DNA of 64,000 bases from an uncultured Aquiluna sp. Lineage in GTDB: Bacteria; Actinomycetota; Actinomycetes; Actinomycetales; Microbacteriaceae. The position numbers and the translations under genes were made by a program. Under the pieces are notes generated by a model that was not told the origin of the DNA, searched no databases, and saw nothing but the letters and a program-made list of their open reading frames with translations. This document shows, in pieces, positions 31,365 through 42,825 of this stretch. The stretch covers positions 7,868 to 71,867 of the forward strand of contig CAZMOF010000001.1 in NCBI GenBank assembly GCA_964567905.1, written 5' to 3'. Position 1 is the stretch's first letter. Each line of letters begins with the position of its first letter.

Positions 31365-31951
31365 TTACTCTCCATTAGTTTTTCTATGTGCTTGGCCATG
31401 ACATCTGCTTCCACATTAACTTTGTCGCCTGGGTTTTTGTATCCAAGAGTTGTGACGCGAAGCGTCTCAGGAATGAGAGAGACTGCAATTACATCGTCAG
31501 CAATATCGTTCACGGTAAGTGAAATACCGTCCAGAGTTATAGAACCTTTGTGAACAACATATTTCATTAGCTCTTTTGGCAATCGGATTTTCACCCAATC
31601 CCAGTTATCACTCTTTTCTCGAGAGACTACTTCACCTACTCCATCAACATGTCCTTGGACCAAATGTCCACCAAACCTGGTTGCCGCAGTCATGGCCCGC
31701 TCAAGGTTGATTGGGTCACCGACTTTGACTCCATCGAGAGAGGAGCGGCGAATTGTTTCCAGCATCACATCGGCTGTGAAGCTGTGGTCATCAATTTCAA
31801 TTGCGGTCAGGCAGGTGCCTGAACATGAGATTGAGTCCCCACGCTTTAGGTCACCGAGCACTTCCTTGCATTCGATAGTTAGTCGAAGGGCATCCGGCTG
31901 TTTCTCTATTGCCGAGACTTTCCCCAGCTCTTCAATAATTCCTGTAAACAT
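31361..31951 (-). CDS. ribE: Riboflavin synthase (alpha chain)
   Basis: MFTGIIEELG, GGHLVQGHVDG, KGSITLDGISLT. Confidence 0.96.
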   Translation of the reverse strand: MFTGIIEELGKVSAIEKQPDALRLTIECKEVLGDLKRGDSISCSGTCLTAIEIDDHSFTADVMLETIRRSSLDGVKVGDPINLERAMTAATRFGGHLVQGHVDGVGEVVSREKSDNWDWVKIRLPKELMKYVVHKGSITLDGISLTVNDIADDVIAVSLIPETLRVTTLGYKNPGDKVNVEADVMAKHIEKLMESK

Positions 31952-32974
31952 TTATTTCCTTGCCCTTATGAATAGGTCTTTTCCGAGCTGTTTTTGCTCG
32001 ATAATTCTGAGGTTTAGCGCCTGATCTATGGCACTGATACCTAAGTCTCCGATGGCAAGTTTCGGGCCACCAATCAGCATCGGCGATAGGTAAATAGTGA
32101 ACTCATCAACCAGGTTCGCTTTGATGAATGCTCCGACAACGCTCGCCCCACCCTCGACTAGAAGGTGTTTATGTCCTAGCGTCGCTAGCTGATTGAGCAC
32201 AACCTGGGGATCACGAGACTTGATATGCAGCGATGGAGCAACACTATTAAAGAATCTCTTATCGTTAGGAATCTCCCTCTCTCCCATCACTACTCGGGTT
32301 GGCTGATGCTTAAAGTAGCCACCATCTCTCGTTCTCGCCGTTAGCTCTGGATCATCGGCGATTACCGTGCCTGTTCCAACCAGAATTGCATCTACTTCGC
32401 TTCGAAGTTTGTGGGCATCCTCGCGCGACTCAACTCCAGTAATCCATTTGCTAGAACCATCTGCTGCGGCAATTCTGCCGTCGAGACTGCTCGCCCACTT
32501 CAAAGTGACGAATGGTCGATTAGCTTGCTTAGCATGCAGCCAAACTCTGAGTTGTTCTTTTGCTTTCTCCCTGAGAACACCTTCAATTACTTCCACACCT
32601 GCTTCTCTGAGTCGCTGGGCGCCGCCCCCGGATTCATCACCCGGATCACGCAGCGGATAAGCAACTCTTGTGATTCCAGCATCAATCAGTGCTTGAGCGC
32701 ATGGTCCCGTCTTACCAAAATGGTTACAAGGTTCTAATGTCACAACAGCAGTTAAGCCCGGAGCAAAAGGGTAGGGAACTTTAGTTTTCAGCTCTTCGAT
32801 TGCAGCAACTTCAGCGTGTGGGGTTCCTGAACCCCTGTGGTACCCCTCGGCGACGATGTTCCCATCGGCATCTAGAATCACAGCGCCAACCTGCGGGTTG
32901 ACTCCGTGGGCTGGTCCGAGCAGGGCAAGCTCAAGCGACCGCTGCATGGCGGTCTCTAAGTGTCCAAGTTGCAT
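31952..32974 (-). CDS. ribD: Riboflavin deaminase/reductase
   Basis: NPQVGAVI, HAE, TLEPCNHFGKTGPC, SLDGRIA, VEGG; start set at ATG 32974 (SD GAGGGG) because the track's extension to 33085 runs into the riboswitch. Confidence 0.95.
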   Translation of the reverse strand: MQLGHLETAMQRSLELALLGPAHGVNPQVGAVILDADGNIVAEGYHRGSGTPHAEVAAIEELKTKVPYPFAPGLTAVVTLEPCNHFGKTGPCAQALIDAGITRVAYPLRDPGDESGGGAQRLREAGVEVIEGVLREKAKEQLRVWLHAKQANRPFVTLKWASSLDGRIAAADGSSKWITGVESREDAHKLRSEVDAILVGTGTVIADDPELTARTRDGGYFKHQPTRVVMGEREIPNDKRFFNSVAPSLHIKSRDPQVVLNQLATLGHKHLLVEGGASVVGAFIKANLVDEFTIYLSPMLIGGPKLAIGDLGISAIDQALNLRIIEQKQLGKDLFIRARK

Positions 32975-33014
32975 CTTGCCCCTCAAGGTCAGCACAGAAC
33001 CCGCGGGCAAGCCG

Positions 33015-33040
33015 AAAAGGGGACGCCGAAGCATCCCTTT
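33015..33040 (-). terminator. Terminator-like hairpin in the FMN riboswitch expression platform
   Basis: GGGAUGC-UUCG-GCGUCCC followed by CUUUU. Confidence 0.55.
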
Positions 33041-33182
33041 GTTCTTCTCCCATCCGGACTTTAACCGTCGGTTTCGGAATTTCACCGAATCAACCGCCTG
33101 AAGCTGCGCAGCTGGGGGCTGCGTTTTCAGTCGGGTCGCGGACTATAACCGCCGGTTCAGATTTTCACTGACCCCGAAGAAC
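33041..33182 (-). ncRNA. FMN riboswitch (RFN element) aptamer
   Basis: Minus strand reads UUCUUCGGGGUCAGUGAAAAUCUGAACCGGCGGUUAUAGUCCGCGACCCG...GAUUCGGUGAAAUUCCGAAACCGACGGUUAAAGUCCGGAUGGGAGAAGAA, the canonical RFN pattern, directly upstream of ribD. Confidence 0.96.
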
Positions 33183-33227
33183 TGTGCATTAGTAACAATA
33201 CTCTTCAGGGGTAATAAATTCCGCTCC

Positions 33228-35050
<1,823 letters not shown>

Positions 35051-35059
35051 GTAATAAAC

Positions 35060-35509
35060 CTAGGAGCTAAAGCTTGCCCACAGTTCCTTGCCACGGACTT
35101 CCAGATCAATTATTTTCAGCGCACTTTTTGCCGGTCCCTGTTCCGGCTCTCCGGATTCCATGTTGAACCTTGCCCCGTGGCAAGCACAGGCAATTTGCCC
35201 CTCCTGCACTCCACTCACCAAGCAACCCGAGTGGGTGCAAGTGGCAGAGAAGGCTCTGAACTTTGCTTCTGAAGGATGGGTCACAAGAATCGTGAGCTCG
35301 TTATTGACCTTCACCTTTACTCCTGTGCCCACAGGAATCTCGTCAATATTTCCAACCAGTACTTCTGAAATGGTTCCTGGAGGGAGCTCATCTTCACTTC
35401 CCGTTGGGGGAGTGGTTTCACTGGCCTGAGGTTGTGCGCAAGCTGCGAGGGCGAAAGCTGATGTTGTTGCCAAAGAGGAGGTGAGAACTACTCTGCGATT
35501 TATGATCAT
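35060..35509 (-). CDS. Small Rieske [2Fe-2S] protein with Tat signal and lipobox
   Basis: NRRVVL, LAAC, CTHSGC and CACHGARF. Confidence 0.88.
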   Translation of the reverse strand: MIINRRVVLTSSLATTSAFALAACAQPQASETTPPTGSEDELPPGTISEVLVGNIDEIPVGTGVKVKVNNELTILVTHPSEAKFRAFSATCTHSGCLVSGVQEGQIACACHGARFNMESGEPEQGPAKSALKIIDLEVRGKELWASFSS

Positions 35510-35532
35510 GGGTTTTCTAACCCAAATAATCG

Positions 35533-36267
35533 CTAGGCCCTTCCCCTAAGAATCGCCTGCTTGACCTCGGAGATTGCCTTAGTCACTTCAATTCCTCTAG
35601 GGCAGGCCTCGGTGCAGTTGAAGGTTGTGCGGCAGCGCCAGACGCCTTCCTTGTCGTTAAGAATTTCAAGTCTGACCTCTGCACCTTCATCTCTGGAGTC
35701 AAAGATAAAGCGGTGAGCATTCACAATCGCTGCTGGTCCGAAGTATTGGCCATCGGTCCAAAAGACTGGGCAACTGGTTGTGCAGGCAGCGCAGAGAATG
35801 CACTTGGTTGTGTCGTCGTATCTAGCTCTGTCTTCTGGGGACTGCAGTCTTTCGCGTTTTGGCTTGTCGCTGGCAATCAGGAATGGATTGATGTCGCGGT
35901 ACGCCTGGTAGAAAGGATTCATATCGACAATCAAATCTTTTTCAACAGGAAGACCCTTGATTGGTTCGATGTAAATCGGCTGGGACAGGTCTAAATCCTT
36001 TATCAGAGTCTTGCAGGCAAGTCTGTTTCGACCATTAATCCTCATAGCATCAGATCCACAAACTCCGTGTGCACAGGAACGACGGAAAGTTAGCGAACCA
36101 TCAATCTCCCATTTCACTTTGTGAAGAGCGTCTAGAACTCTGTCTGTGCCGTACATCTCAATGTCGTAGTCAACCCACTTGGCTTCGCTATCGACCTCTG
36201 GGTCAAATCTACGAATCATGAGTGTGACCTTTAGGCTCACTACCTCTGCTATTGCCTTGTCTGCCAT
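35533..36267 (-). CDS. sdhB: Succinate dehydrogenase iron-sulfur subunit
   Basis: RRSCAHGVCGSD, CILCAACTTSCP, CRTTFNCTEACP. Confidence 0.97.
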   Translation of the reverse strand: MADKAIAEVVSLKVTLMIRRFDPEVDSEAKWVDYDIEMYGTDRVLDALHKVKWEIDGSLTFRRSCAHGVCGSDAMRINGRNRLACKTLIKDLDLSQPIYIEPIKGLPVEKDLIVDMNPFYQAYRDINPFLIASDKPKRERLQSPEDRARYDDTTKCILCAACTTSCPVFWTDGQYFGPAAIVNAHRFIFDSRDEGAEVRLEILNDKEGVWRCRTTFNCTEACPRGIEVTKAISEVKQAILRGRA

Positions 36268-38030
36268 TAGTACTTGCGCTCCATCGGCTGGTAGTTGGTA
36301 ATTACCACTGGCTTCCAGTCAATCTTGATTGGAGTTCCAGTTTTGCGATCAGTCTTGTTTTGAAGATAAGCCATCGAGTGGACCATGAATTTTTTGTCAT
36401 TGCGATCCGGGTAATCCTCGCGAAGATGGGCGCCACGACTCTCTCTTCGTTCACGGCAGGCAACGACTGTTACCTCGGCAAGATCCAGCAGGAAGCCCAG
36501 CTCCACTGCCTCGAGAAGGTCAGTGTTGAATCTTTTTCCTTGATCCTGGATTGAAATGTTTTCATAGCGGGCTCTTAGTTCTGCAATTTTGGCAAGAGCC
36601 TCATTCAGGGTTTCTTCTGTTCGGAAGACCTGGGCGTTTTTATCCATGGTCTCCTGGAGCTCTTTTCTCAGCTGAGCAACCTTTTCTTTTCCATTTGCAG
36701 CTCGAACCTTGGCAAGCATATCCATAACATCTTGCGCAGCATTTTCTGGAAGCGGAACTTGTTTGGCCTTTGTCGCATACTCAACCGCATACCTTCCAGC
36801 ACGCTTTCCAAAAACGTTTATATCAAGAAGTGAGTTTGTCCCAAGTCGGTTGGCTCCGTGAACAGATACACATGCACACTCTCCAGCGGCATAAAGGCCA
36901 GGGATAACGGTGTCGTTGTCGCTAAGCACCTCAGCCTTGATGTTGGTTGGAATTCCACCCATGGCATAGTGCGCAGTTGGAAAGACTGGCACAGGCTCGG
37001 TGTAGGGCTCAACACCAAGGTAGGTGCGAGCAAACTCAGTTATATCAGGAAGCTTGGCATCGATTACCGCTGGTTCAAGATGAGTGAGATCTAGCAAAAC
37101 GTAGTCCTTGTTCGGACCAGCTCCTCTTCCTTCTCTAACCTCATTGGCCATTGCTCTTGCGACCATGTCTCTTGGAGCTAGATCCTTAATGGTTGGTGCG
37201 TAGCGTTCCATGAATCTTTCGCCAGACGCGTTTCTAAGAATTCCACCTTCACCACGAGCTGCCTCGCTGAGCAAAATTCCAAGTCCTGCCAGTCCCGTCG
37301 GGTGGAATTGATAAAACTCCATGTCCTCAAGTGGGATGCCGCGGCGGAAAGCAATAGCTACACCATCACCGGTCAGCGTGTGAGCGTTGGATGTGGTCTT
37401 GTAGATCTTCCCGAATCCACCAGTTGCAAAAACAATCGATTTACCAGCAAAAACATGAATGTCACCTGTTGCAAGCTCATAGGCAACAACACCTGCTGGC
37501 TTACCCTCGTTCATAACAAGGTCCAAGACGTAGAACTCATTGAAGAACTCGATGCCTAATTTCACACAGGTTTGGTACAGGGTCTGCAGAATCATGTGCC
37601 CAGTGCGGTCGGCTGCGTAGCAGCTTCTGCGAACAGGGGCTTTTCCGTGGTCGCGAGTGTGACCTCCGAATCGGCGCTGGTCAATTTTTCCATCGGGAGT
37701 TCTGTTGAAAGGAAGACCCATGTTCTCTAGGTCAATTACCGCATCCACCGACTCTTTAGCCAAAATCTCTGCAGCATCCTGGTCCACCAGGTAGTCGCCA
37801 CCTTTTACGGTGTCGAAGGTGTGCCACTCCCAGCTGTCTTCTTCAACGTTTGCTAGAGCTGCTGCCATACCACCCTGTGCAGCACCGGTGTGCGAGCGTG
37901 TTGGGAAAAGTTTTGAAATTACAGCAACATTTGCCTTGGGCCCAGCCTCAATTGCAGCACGCATTCCAGCGCCACCGGCTCCAACAATCACGACGTCGTG
38001 CGAGTGATAGATCACTGAGTCTGAAGACAC
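36267..38030 (-). CDS. sdhA: Succinate dehydrogenase flavoprotein
   Basis: [35 protein letters not shown]. Confidence 0.97.
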   Translation of the reverse strand: MSSDSVIYHSHDVVIVGAGGAGMRAAIEAGPKANVAVISKLFPTRSHTGAAQGGMAAALANVEEDSWEWHTFDTVKGGDYLVDQDAAEILAKESVDAVIDLENMGLPFNRTPDGKIDQRRFGGHTRDHGKAPVRRSCYAADRTGHMILQTLYQTCVKLGIEFFNEFYVLDLVMNEGKPAGVVAYELATGDIHVFAGKSIVFATGGFGKIYKTTSNAHTLTGDGVAIAFRRGIPLEDMEFYQFHPTGLAGLGILLSEAARGEGGILRNASGERFMERYAPTIKDLAPRDMVARAMANEVREGRGAGPNKDYVLLDLTHLEPAVIDAKLPDITEFARTYLGVEPYTEPVPVFPTAHYAMGGIPTNIKAEVLSDNDTVIPGLYAAGECACVSVHGANRLGTNSLLDINVFGKRAGRYAVEYATKAKQVPLPENAAQDVMDMLAKVRAANGKEKVAQLRKELQETMDKNAQVFRTEETLNEALAKIAELRARYENISIQDQGKRFNTDLLEAVELGFLLDLAEVTVVACRERRESRGAHLREDYPDRNDKKFMVHSMAYLQNKTDRKTGTPIKIDWKPVVITNYQPMERKY

Positions 38031-38041
38031 TTTTCTCTTTT

Positions 38042-38482
38042 CTAGTTGACTGGGCAGAACGATGGCAGAAGCTCAGCTGCGGCTCCAGCTGGGCAAGGGT
38101 CGAACGTAAAGATAACGAGTGTGCCTAGAAGAATTAGCAAACCGCAAACCACCCAGAGAATCATTACGAGTGATTTGCGAATTTTTTCTTTTTCGGCGTA
38201 GTCGTTGACTATGGTTCGCATTCCATTTGTTCCGTGAATCATTGCCAGCCAAAGCATCGCCAGATCCCAAACTTGCCAGAAAGGATCTGCCCACTTTCCA
38301 GCAACAAAAGCAAAATCAATTGCCTTGATTCCTTCTCCTACAACGAGATTAGAAACAAGGTGTGTGAAGACAAGAACAATTAGCAGTGGCCCTGACAAGC
38401 GCATGAAAAGCCAGCCGTACTTTTCCCAGTTGGCTTGCTGTCTGGTTCTCGGTGAGTTAGGAGTTTCGATGATGACGGCCAT
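38042..38482 (-). CDS. sdhD: Succinate dehydrogenase membrane anchor
   Basis: [21 protein letters not shown]; 3 TM; operon position. Confidence 0.93.
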   Translation of the reverse strand: MAVIIETPNSPRTRQQANWEKYGWLFMRLSGPLLIVLVFTHLVSNLVVGEGIKAIDFAFVAGKWADPFWQVWDLAMLWLAMIHGTNGMRTIVNDYAEKEKIRKSLVMILWVVCGLLILLGTLVIFTFDPCPAGAAAELLPSFCPVN

Positions 38483-38859
38483 TACTCACCAAACACTCTC
38501 GATAGATGAAGTGGAGTAAATGCAGCGACTAGACCAACAGTTATTAGCATGACTGCCCAAAACATAATTGCCTGATACTTCGTTCCCTTCGACCAGAAAT
38601 CGACAGCAATCACGCGCAAGCCATTGAGTCCGTGAAAAAGAATTGCTCCGACCAGTCCCAGCTCAGCAACTCCAATAATTGGGGTCTTGTAAGACTCAAT
38701 AACTACGTTGTAGGCCTCTGGGCTAACCCGCACCAAAGCCGTGTCGAGGATGTGAACGAGCAGGAAGAAAAAGATACCGACCCCGGAGATGCGGTGAAGC
38801 ACCCAAGACCACATGCCAACTCGACCTCTATATAGGGTCCCTGCGGGCATGGTTGGCAA
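38482..38859 (-). CDS. sdhC: Succinate dehydrogenase cytochrome b subunit
   Basis: GMWSWVLHRISG, HGLNGLR; SD GGAGG before TTG. Confidence 0.93.
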   Translation of the reverse strand: MPTMPAGTLYRGRVGMWSWVLHRISGVGIFFFLLVHILDTALVRVSPEAYNVVIESYKTPIIGVAELGLVGAILFHGLNGLRVIAVDFWSKGTKYQAIMFWAVMLITVGLVAAFTPLHLSRVFGE

Positions 38860-38950
38860 TTGTTCCTCCGGGTGGGTGAAAAGTCTCTACTAGTGTAACC
38901 GAGCGCAGGGTAACCTTAAGTTATCGGCAACCAAAGGCCAGGAAGAGCTA

Positions 38951-40045
38951 ATGGCAGATAATCCAGCAGATTTTTATGCAGTCATTCCAGCGGGTGGAAT
39001 TGGTTCAAGACTCTGGCCTCTCTCCAGAGCGGCTGCGCCAAAGTTTTTGCATGATCTGACAGGTTCTGGCCAGACCCTGCTTCAGGACACCTGGGATCGG
39101 CTAGTCCCACTTGCCTCAAAAAACATCATGGTTGTTACTGGCGATATCCACGCCGCGGCAGTTAGAGAGCAACTACCCCAGTTGAGCGATGACGCTCTAG
39201 TGCTTGAGCCATCCCCGAGAGACTCGACTGCGGCCATTGCTCTGGCAGCCGCGATTCTAGAAAAGCGGCAACCAGGGGTAGTGATTGGGTCATTTGCCGC
39301 TGACCATGTGATTTTAGATCAGGCCAAGTTTGAGTCGGCTGTCAAGGAGGCAATCCAGGTGGCAGCCACCGGAAAGATTGTCACTATCGGCATTAGGCCA
39401 ACTGAGCCCTCGGTTGCGTTTGGATATATAAGGAAGGGCGAGCGTCTTTCGGAAACCGCCTGCCAGGTTTTGGAGTTTGTAGAGAAGCCCGACATCGCAA
39501 CAGCCAAGAGGTATGTAGAGAGCGAGCAGTACTTCTGGAATGCCGGAATGTTTATTGCTCCGGCTGCTCTGATTCTGGAAGTACTTAGGGTTAGCCAACC
39601 AACCTTGCATAAAGGAGTAATTGAGATTGCTGAGGCCTGGGACTCGCCAGCGCAAAACGATGTCATGGACAAGCTATGGCCGACCCTGACCAAGATTGCC
39701 ATCGACTACTCGGTCGCGGAACCGGCTGCCCGGCAGAACAATGTGGCCGTGGTCCCGGCGCAATTCGAATGGCACGATGTTGGAGACTTTGCAGCTATAG
39801 CTGAACTTCAATCTCATGGTCGCCGAGGTCACCTGGCAGTTCTCGGCTCGGCCCGAGTGCTTTCTGACTCGGCAAGCGGAATCCTCGTCAGCGATACCGG
39901 TCGCCTGGTTGCCCTGATTGGCCTAGAGGACGTAATTGTCGTGGATACGGCCGATGCCTTACTGGTCACCAGCAAGCAGCACGCCCAGAAGGTCAAGAAC
40001 CTTGTTGAGTCTCTGAGGCAGTCCGGACACTCTGAACTTTTGTGA
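38951..40045 (+). CDS. manC: Mannose-1-phosphate guanylyltransferase
   Basis: IPAGGIGSRLWPLSR..PKF, FVEKP, WNAGMF, IDYSVAE, WHDVG. Confidence 0.92.
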   Translation: MADNPADFYAVIPAGGIGSRLWPLSRAAAPKFLHDLTGSGQTLLQDTWDRLVPLASKNIMVVTGDIHAAAVREQLPQLSDDALVLEPSPRDSTAAIALAAAILEKRQPGVVIGSFAADHVILDQAKFESAVKEAIQVAATGKIVTIGIRPTEPSVAFGYIRKGERLSETACQVLEFVEKPDIATAKRYVESEQYFWNAGMFIAPAALILEVLRVSQPTLHKGVIEIAEAWDSPAQNDVMDKLWPTLTKIAIDYSVAEPAARQNNVAVVPAQFEWHDVGDFAAIAELQSHGRRGHLAVLGSARVLSDSASGILVSDTGRLVALIGLEDVIVVDTADALLVTSKQHAQKVKNLVESLRQSGHSELL

Positions 40046-40050
40046 AGTAT

Positions 40051-40073
40051 CTCGGATTGGTAAATCCGAGTTT
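40051..40073 (+). terminator. Inverted repeat after manC (weak terminator or operator)
   Basis: Perfect CTCGGATT-ggta-AATCCGAG followed by TTT. Confidence 0.4.
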
Positions 40074-40155
40074 CCCCGCAGTTTCGCCCTATCTGGAGCA
40101 GTAGAGTGGGAGAGATCCGGCACAAAGTGCCACTTTTATTCATCAGGAGGAAACC

Positions 40156-41229
40156 TTGAAGCTAAAGAATGCAACAGCAGCATTCGCTCTATTGGGTGCT
40201 TCAGCTCTGATCCTCTCTGGCTGCGCCGCAGCTCCAGAGGCAGAGCCAACCGAAACAGAGTCAGCAGCTGAAACAATCGACTACCTAGCCTGTGCAGTAT
40301 CAGACGAAGGAAGCTGGAACGACAAGAGCTTTAACGAGTCTGTTTACGATGGACTTCTAAAGGCACAGAGCGACCTCGGTGTTCAGATCGCTGATGCAGA
40401 GTCAAACTCCGCAGAAGATTTCGCACCAAACCTACAGGCCATGGTTGACCAGGGCTGCGACATTACATTCGCAGTTGGATTCAACCTTGTTGCTGACGTA
40501 AACGCAGCAGCAGCTGCCAACCCAGAGGTCCAGTTCGTGACCATCGATGGTTGGTCAGAAGGTAATGCAAACCTCAAGCCAGTTGTTTACAACATGGCAG
40601 AGTCCAGCTACCTCGCTGGTTACCTAGCAGCTGCATACTCAACCACAAAGGTCATCGGTACCTACGGTGGAATGCAGATTCCTGCAGTAACTGACTTCAT
40701 GGACGGCTACTACTACGGTGCTATGGCTTACGCCAAGGACTCCGGAACTTCCGTCAAGGTTGTTGGCTGGGACCCAGTTGCTCAGAAGGGTGACTTCATC
40801 GGTGACTTCGTTCCTAACTCCGGAACCTCCAAGGCAATCGCAGCAGCACAGGTCAACGCCGGTGCTGACGTGATCTTCCCTGTCGGTGGAGACCAGTTCG
40901 GTGCAGTTTCCGAGGCAATCAAGGAAGCTGGCGTAGCCGGTGTAATGATCGGTGTTGACAAGGACATCGCTCTAACCAGCCCAGAGTATGCAGACATGGT
41001 TCTGACCTCAGCTGAGAAGAGAATGACCAACGCTGTTTACGACATCATCGCTGACCTATCAGCTGGTGGAATGTTCTCAGGTGACGCCTACGTCGGTACC
41101 TTGGCAAACGGTGGAACTGGACTCAGCCCGCTTTATGACTTCGAGTCAAAGGTTGACGCTGCAGTTCTAACCCGCCTTGCTGAGCTAGAAGCAGGCATTA
41201 TCGCTGGCGAGATTGACCCTAAGGCCTAA
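40156..41229 (+). CDS. BMP-family ABC substrate-binding lipoprotein (probably nucleosides)
   Basis: Lipobox LSGC, DKSFNES, YLAGYLAA, IGVDKD; SD AGGAGG, TTG start; upstream of salvage genes. Confidence 0.92.
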   Translation: MKLKNATAAFALLGASALILSGCAAAPEAEPTETESAAETIDYLACAVSDEGSWNDKSFNESVYDGLLKAQSDLGVQIADAESNSAEDFAPNLQAMVDQGCDITFAVGFNLVADVNAAAAANPEVQFVTIDGWSEGNANLKPVVYNMAESSYLAGYLAAAYSTTKVIGTYGGMQIPAVTDFMDGYYYGAMAYAKDSGTSVKVVGWDPVAQKGDFIGDFVPNSGTSKAIAAAQVNAGADVIFPVGGDQFGAVSEAIKEAGVAGVMIGVDKDIALTSPEYADMVLTSAEKRMTNAVYDIIADLSAGGMFSGDAYVGTLANGGTGLSPLYDFESKVDAAVLTRLAELEAGIIAGEIDPKA

Positions 41230-41251
41230 TCGAGCTAGTTAGCTAAAGAGT

Positions 41252-41285
41252 TGGGCCGCGGATTTTACCGCGGCCCATTTCTTTT
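41252..41285 (+). terminator. Intrinsic terminator / mRNA-stabilising hairpin after the BMP gene
   Basis: TGGGCCGCGG-atttta-CCGCGGCCCA followed by TTTCTTTT. Confidence 0.8.
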
Positions 41286-41319
41286 GCGAAGATAGAGTAA
41301 TCGCACGAAGGGGTGCCTT

Positions 41320-42825
41320 TTGAAACTTGAACTGCGCGGAATCACTAAGCGCTTTGGCAGCCTGGTAGCCAATGACTCAATTGATCTGGTTGTAGAACCT
41401 GGTCAGATTCACGCGCTGCTTGGAGAAAACGGCGCCGGTAAATCCACACTGATGAATGTCCTTTATGGCCTTTATCAAGCAGATGCCGGCGAGGTTCTTC
41501 TCGATGGAGTCAAGCAAAACTTCACTGGTCCAGGCGATGCCATGGCCGCTGGCATTGGAATGGTTCACCAGCACTTCATGCTGATCCCAGTTTTCACTGT
41601 TGCCGAAAACGTAGCGCTAGGCCATGAGCCAACTAAAGCACTTGGAGCAATTGATACAAATCTTGCTCGTCAAAGAGTTATCGAAATTTCAGAAAAGTTT
41701 GGTTTCAATGTTGATCCAGATGCCATGGTTGAGGATTTGCCTGTCGGTGTTCAGCAGCGAGTTGAAATCATCAAGGCTCTCTCCAGAGATGCCAAAGTTT
41801 TGGTTCTCGATGAACCAACTGCTGTGCTGACTCCTCAAGAGACAGATGAGCTCATGAGCATCATGCGCCAGCTAGCAAAGAGCGGAACATCAATCGTCTT
41901 TATCACCCACAAACTCCGCGAGGTAAAGGAAGTTGCAGATATCATTACCGTCATCCGCCTTGGCAAAGTTGTGGGAGATGCGAAGCCAGATGCTTCGACC
42001 TCTGAGCTTGCCTCAATGATGGTCGGCAGGGAAGTGGAGCTGACAGTAGAAAAGAAGCCGCAAAAACTCGGTGATGTGGTTCTTAGCGTTGAGAACATTG
42101 CGGTCCTGGATGACCGAGGACAACGGGCGGTAGATGGCCTGTCCTTTGAGGTTCGGGCTGGCGAGGTGTTGGCTTTTGCTGGGGTTCAGGGCAATGGTCA
42201 GACGGAACTGGCCGAGGCACTGCTGGGCCTAAGGCCCACTCTCACGGGCTTTGGGAAAATCCAGCTCAAGGGAAGGGACATCACCTCAGCGGATGTTCGA
42301 TCTCGCCTTGATTCTGGCGTGGCTTACATTCCGGAAGATCGCAAGACGGACGGACTGGTTTCTGAATTCTCCATTGCGGAAAACATGATGATTAATTCCT
42401 CATACAAATCAAAATTCACCAAAGGCCTCAACATAAATTTTGGTGCTAGACGTGAAATTGCAAATCAACTGGTCAAGGAATTCGACGTCCGGACGCCATC
42501 GGCCGAAACGCCAGCTGGAAAACTTTCTGGAGGAAATCAGCAGAAGGTTGTTGTTGCCAGAGAGCTATCCCGAGAGGTAGACCTGCTGGTCGCGTCTCAG
42601 CCAACCAGAGGCGTTGATGTCGGTTCAATCGAATTCATCCACGAGAGGATTATGGCCGAGCGAGATGCCGGAAAAGCCGTGGTTCTAATCTCAACTGAAC
42701 TCGACGAAGTCCTCTCCTTGGCTGATCGAATTGCAGTGATGTACAGAGGGAAGATTGTAGGAATTGTCGATCCAAAGACGTCTAGAGAGCAGTTAGGAAA
42801 GATGATGGCTGGAGTCAGCGCATGA
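41320..42825 (+). CDS. Nucleoside/sugar ABC transporter ATP-binding protein (double NBD)
   Basis: GENGAGKST, LDEPTAVL, LSGGNQQK, PTRGVDVG. Confidence 0.93.
   Translation: MKLELRGITKRFGSLVANDSIDLVVEPGQIHALLGENGAGKSTLMNVLYGLYQADAGEVLLDGVKQNFTGPGDAMAAGIGMVHQHFMLIPVFTVAENVALGHEPTKALGAIDTNLARQRVIEISEKFGFNVDPDAMVEDLPVGVQQRVEIIKALSRDAKVLVLDEPTAVLTPQETDELMSIMRQLAKSGTSIVFITHKLREVKEVADIITVIRLGKVVGDAKPDASTSELASMMVGREVELTVEKKPQKLGDVVLSVENIAVLDDRGQRAVDGLSFEVRAGEVLAFAGVQGNGQTELAEALLGLRPTLTGFGKIQLKGRDITSADVRSRLDSGVAYIPEDRKTDGLVSEFSIAENMMINSSYKSKFTKGLNINFGARREIANQLVKEFDVRTPSAETPAGKLSGGNQQKVVVARELSREVDLLVASQPTRGVDVGSIEFIHERIMAERDAGKAVVLISTELDEVLSLADRIAVMYRGKIVGIVDPKTSREQLGKMMAGVSA

Noticed and set aside
32975-33085. 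37-aa N-terminal extension of RibD in the ORF track
   Set aside because: Overlaps the FMN aptamer and expression platform; a proper SD precedes ATG 32974
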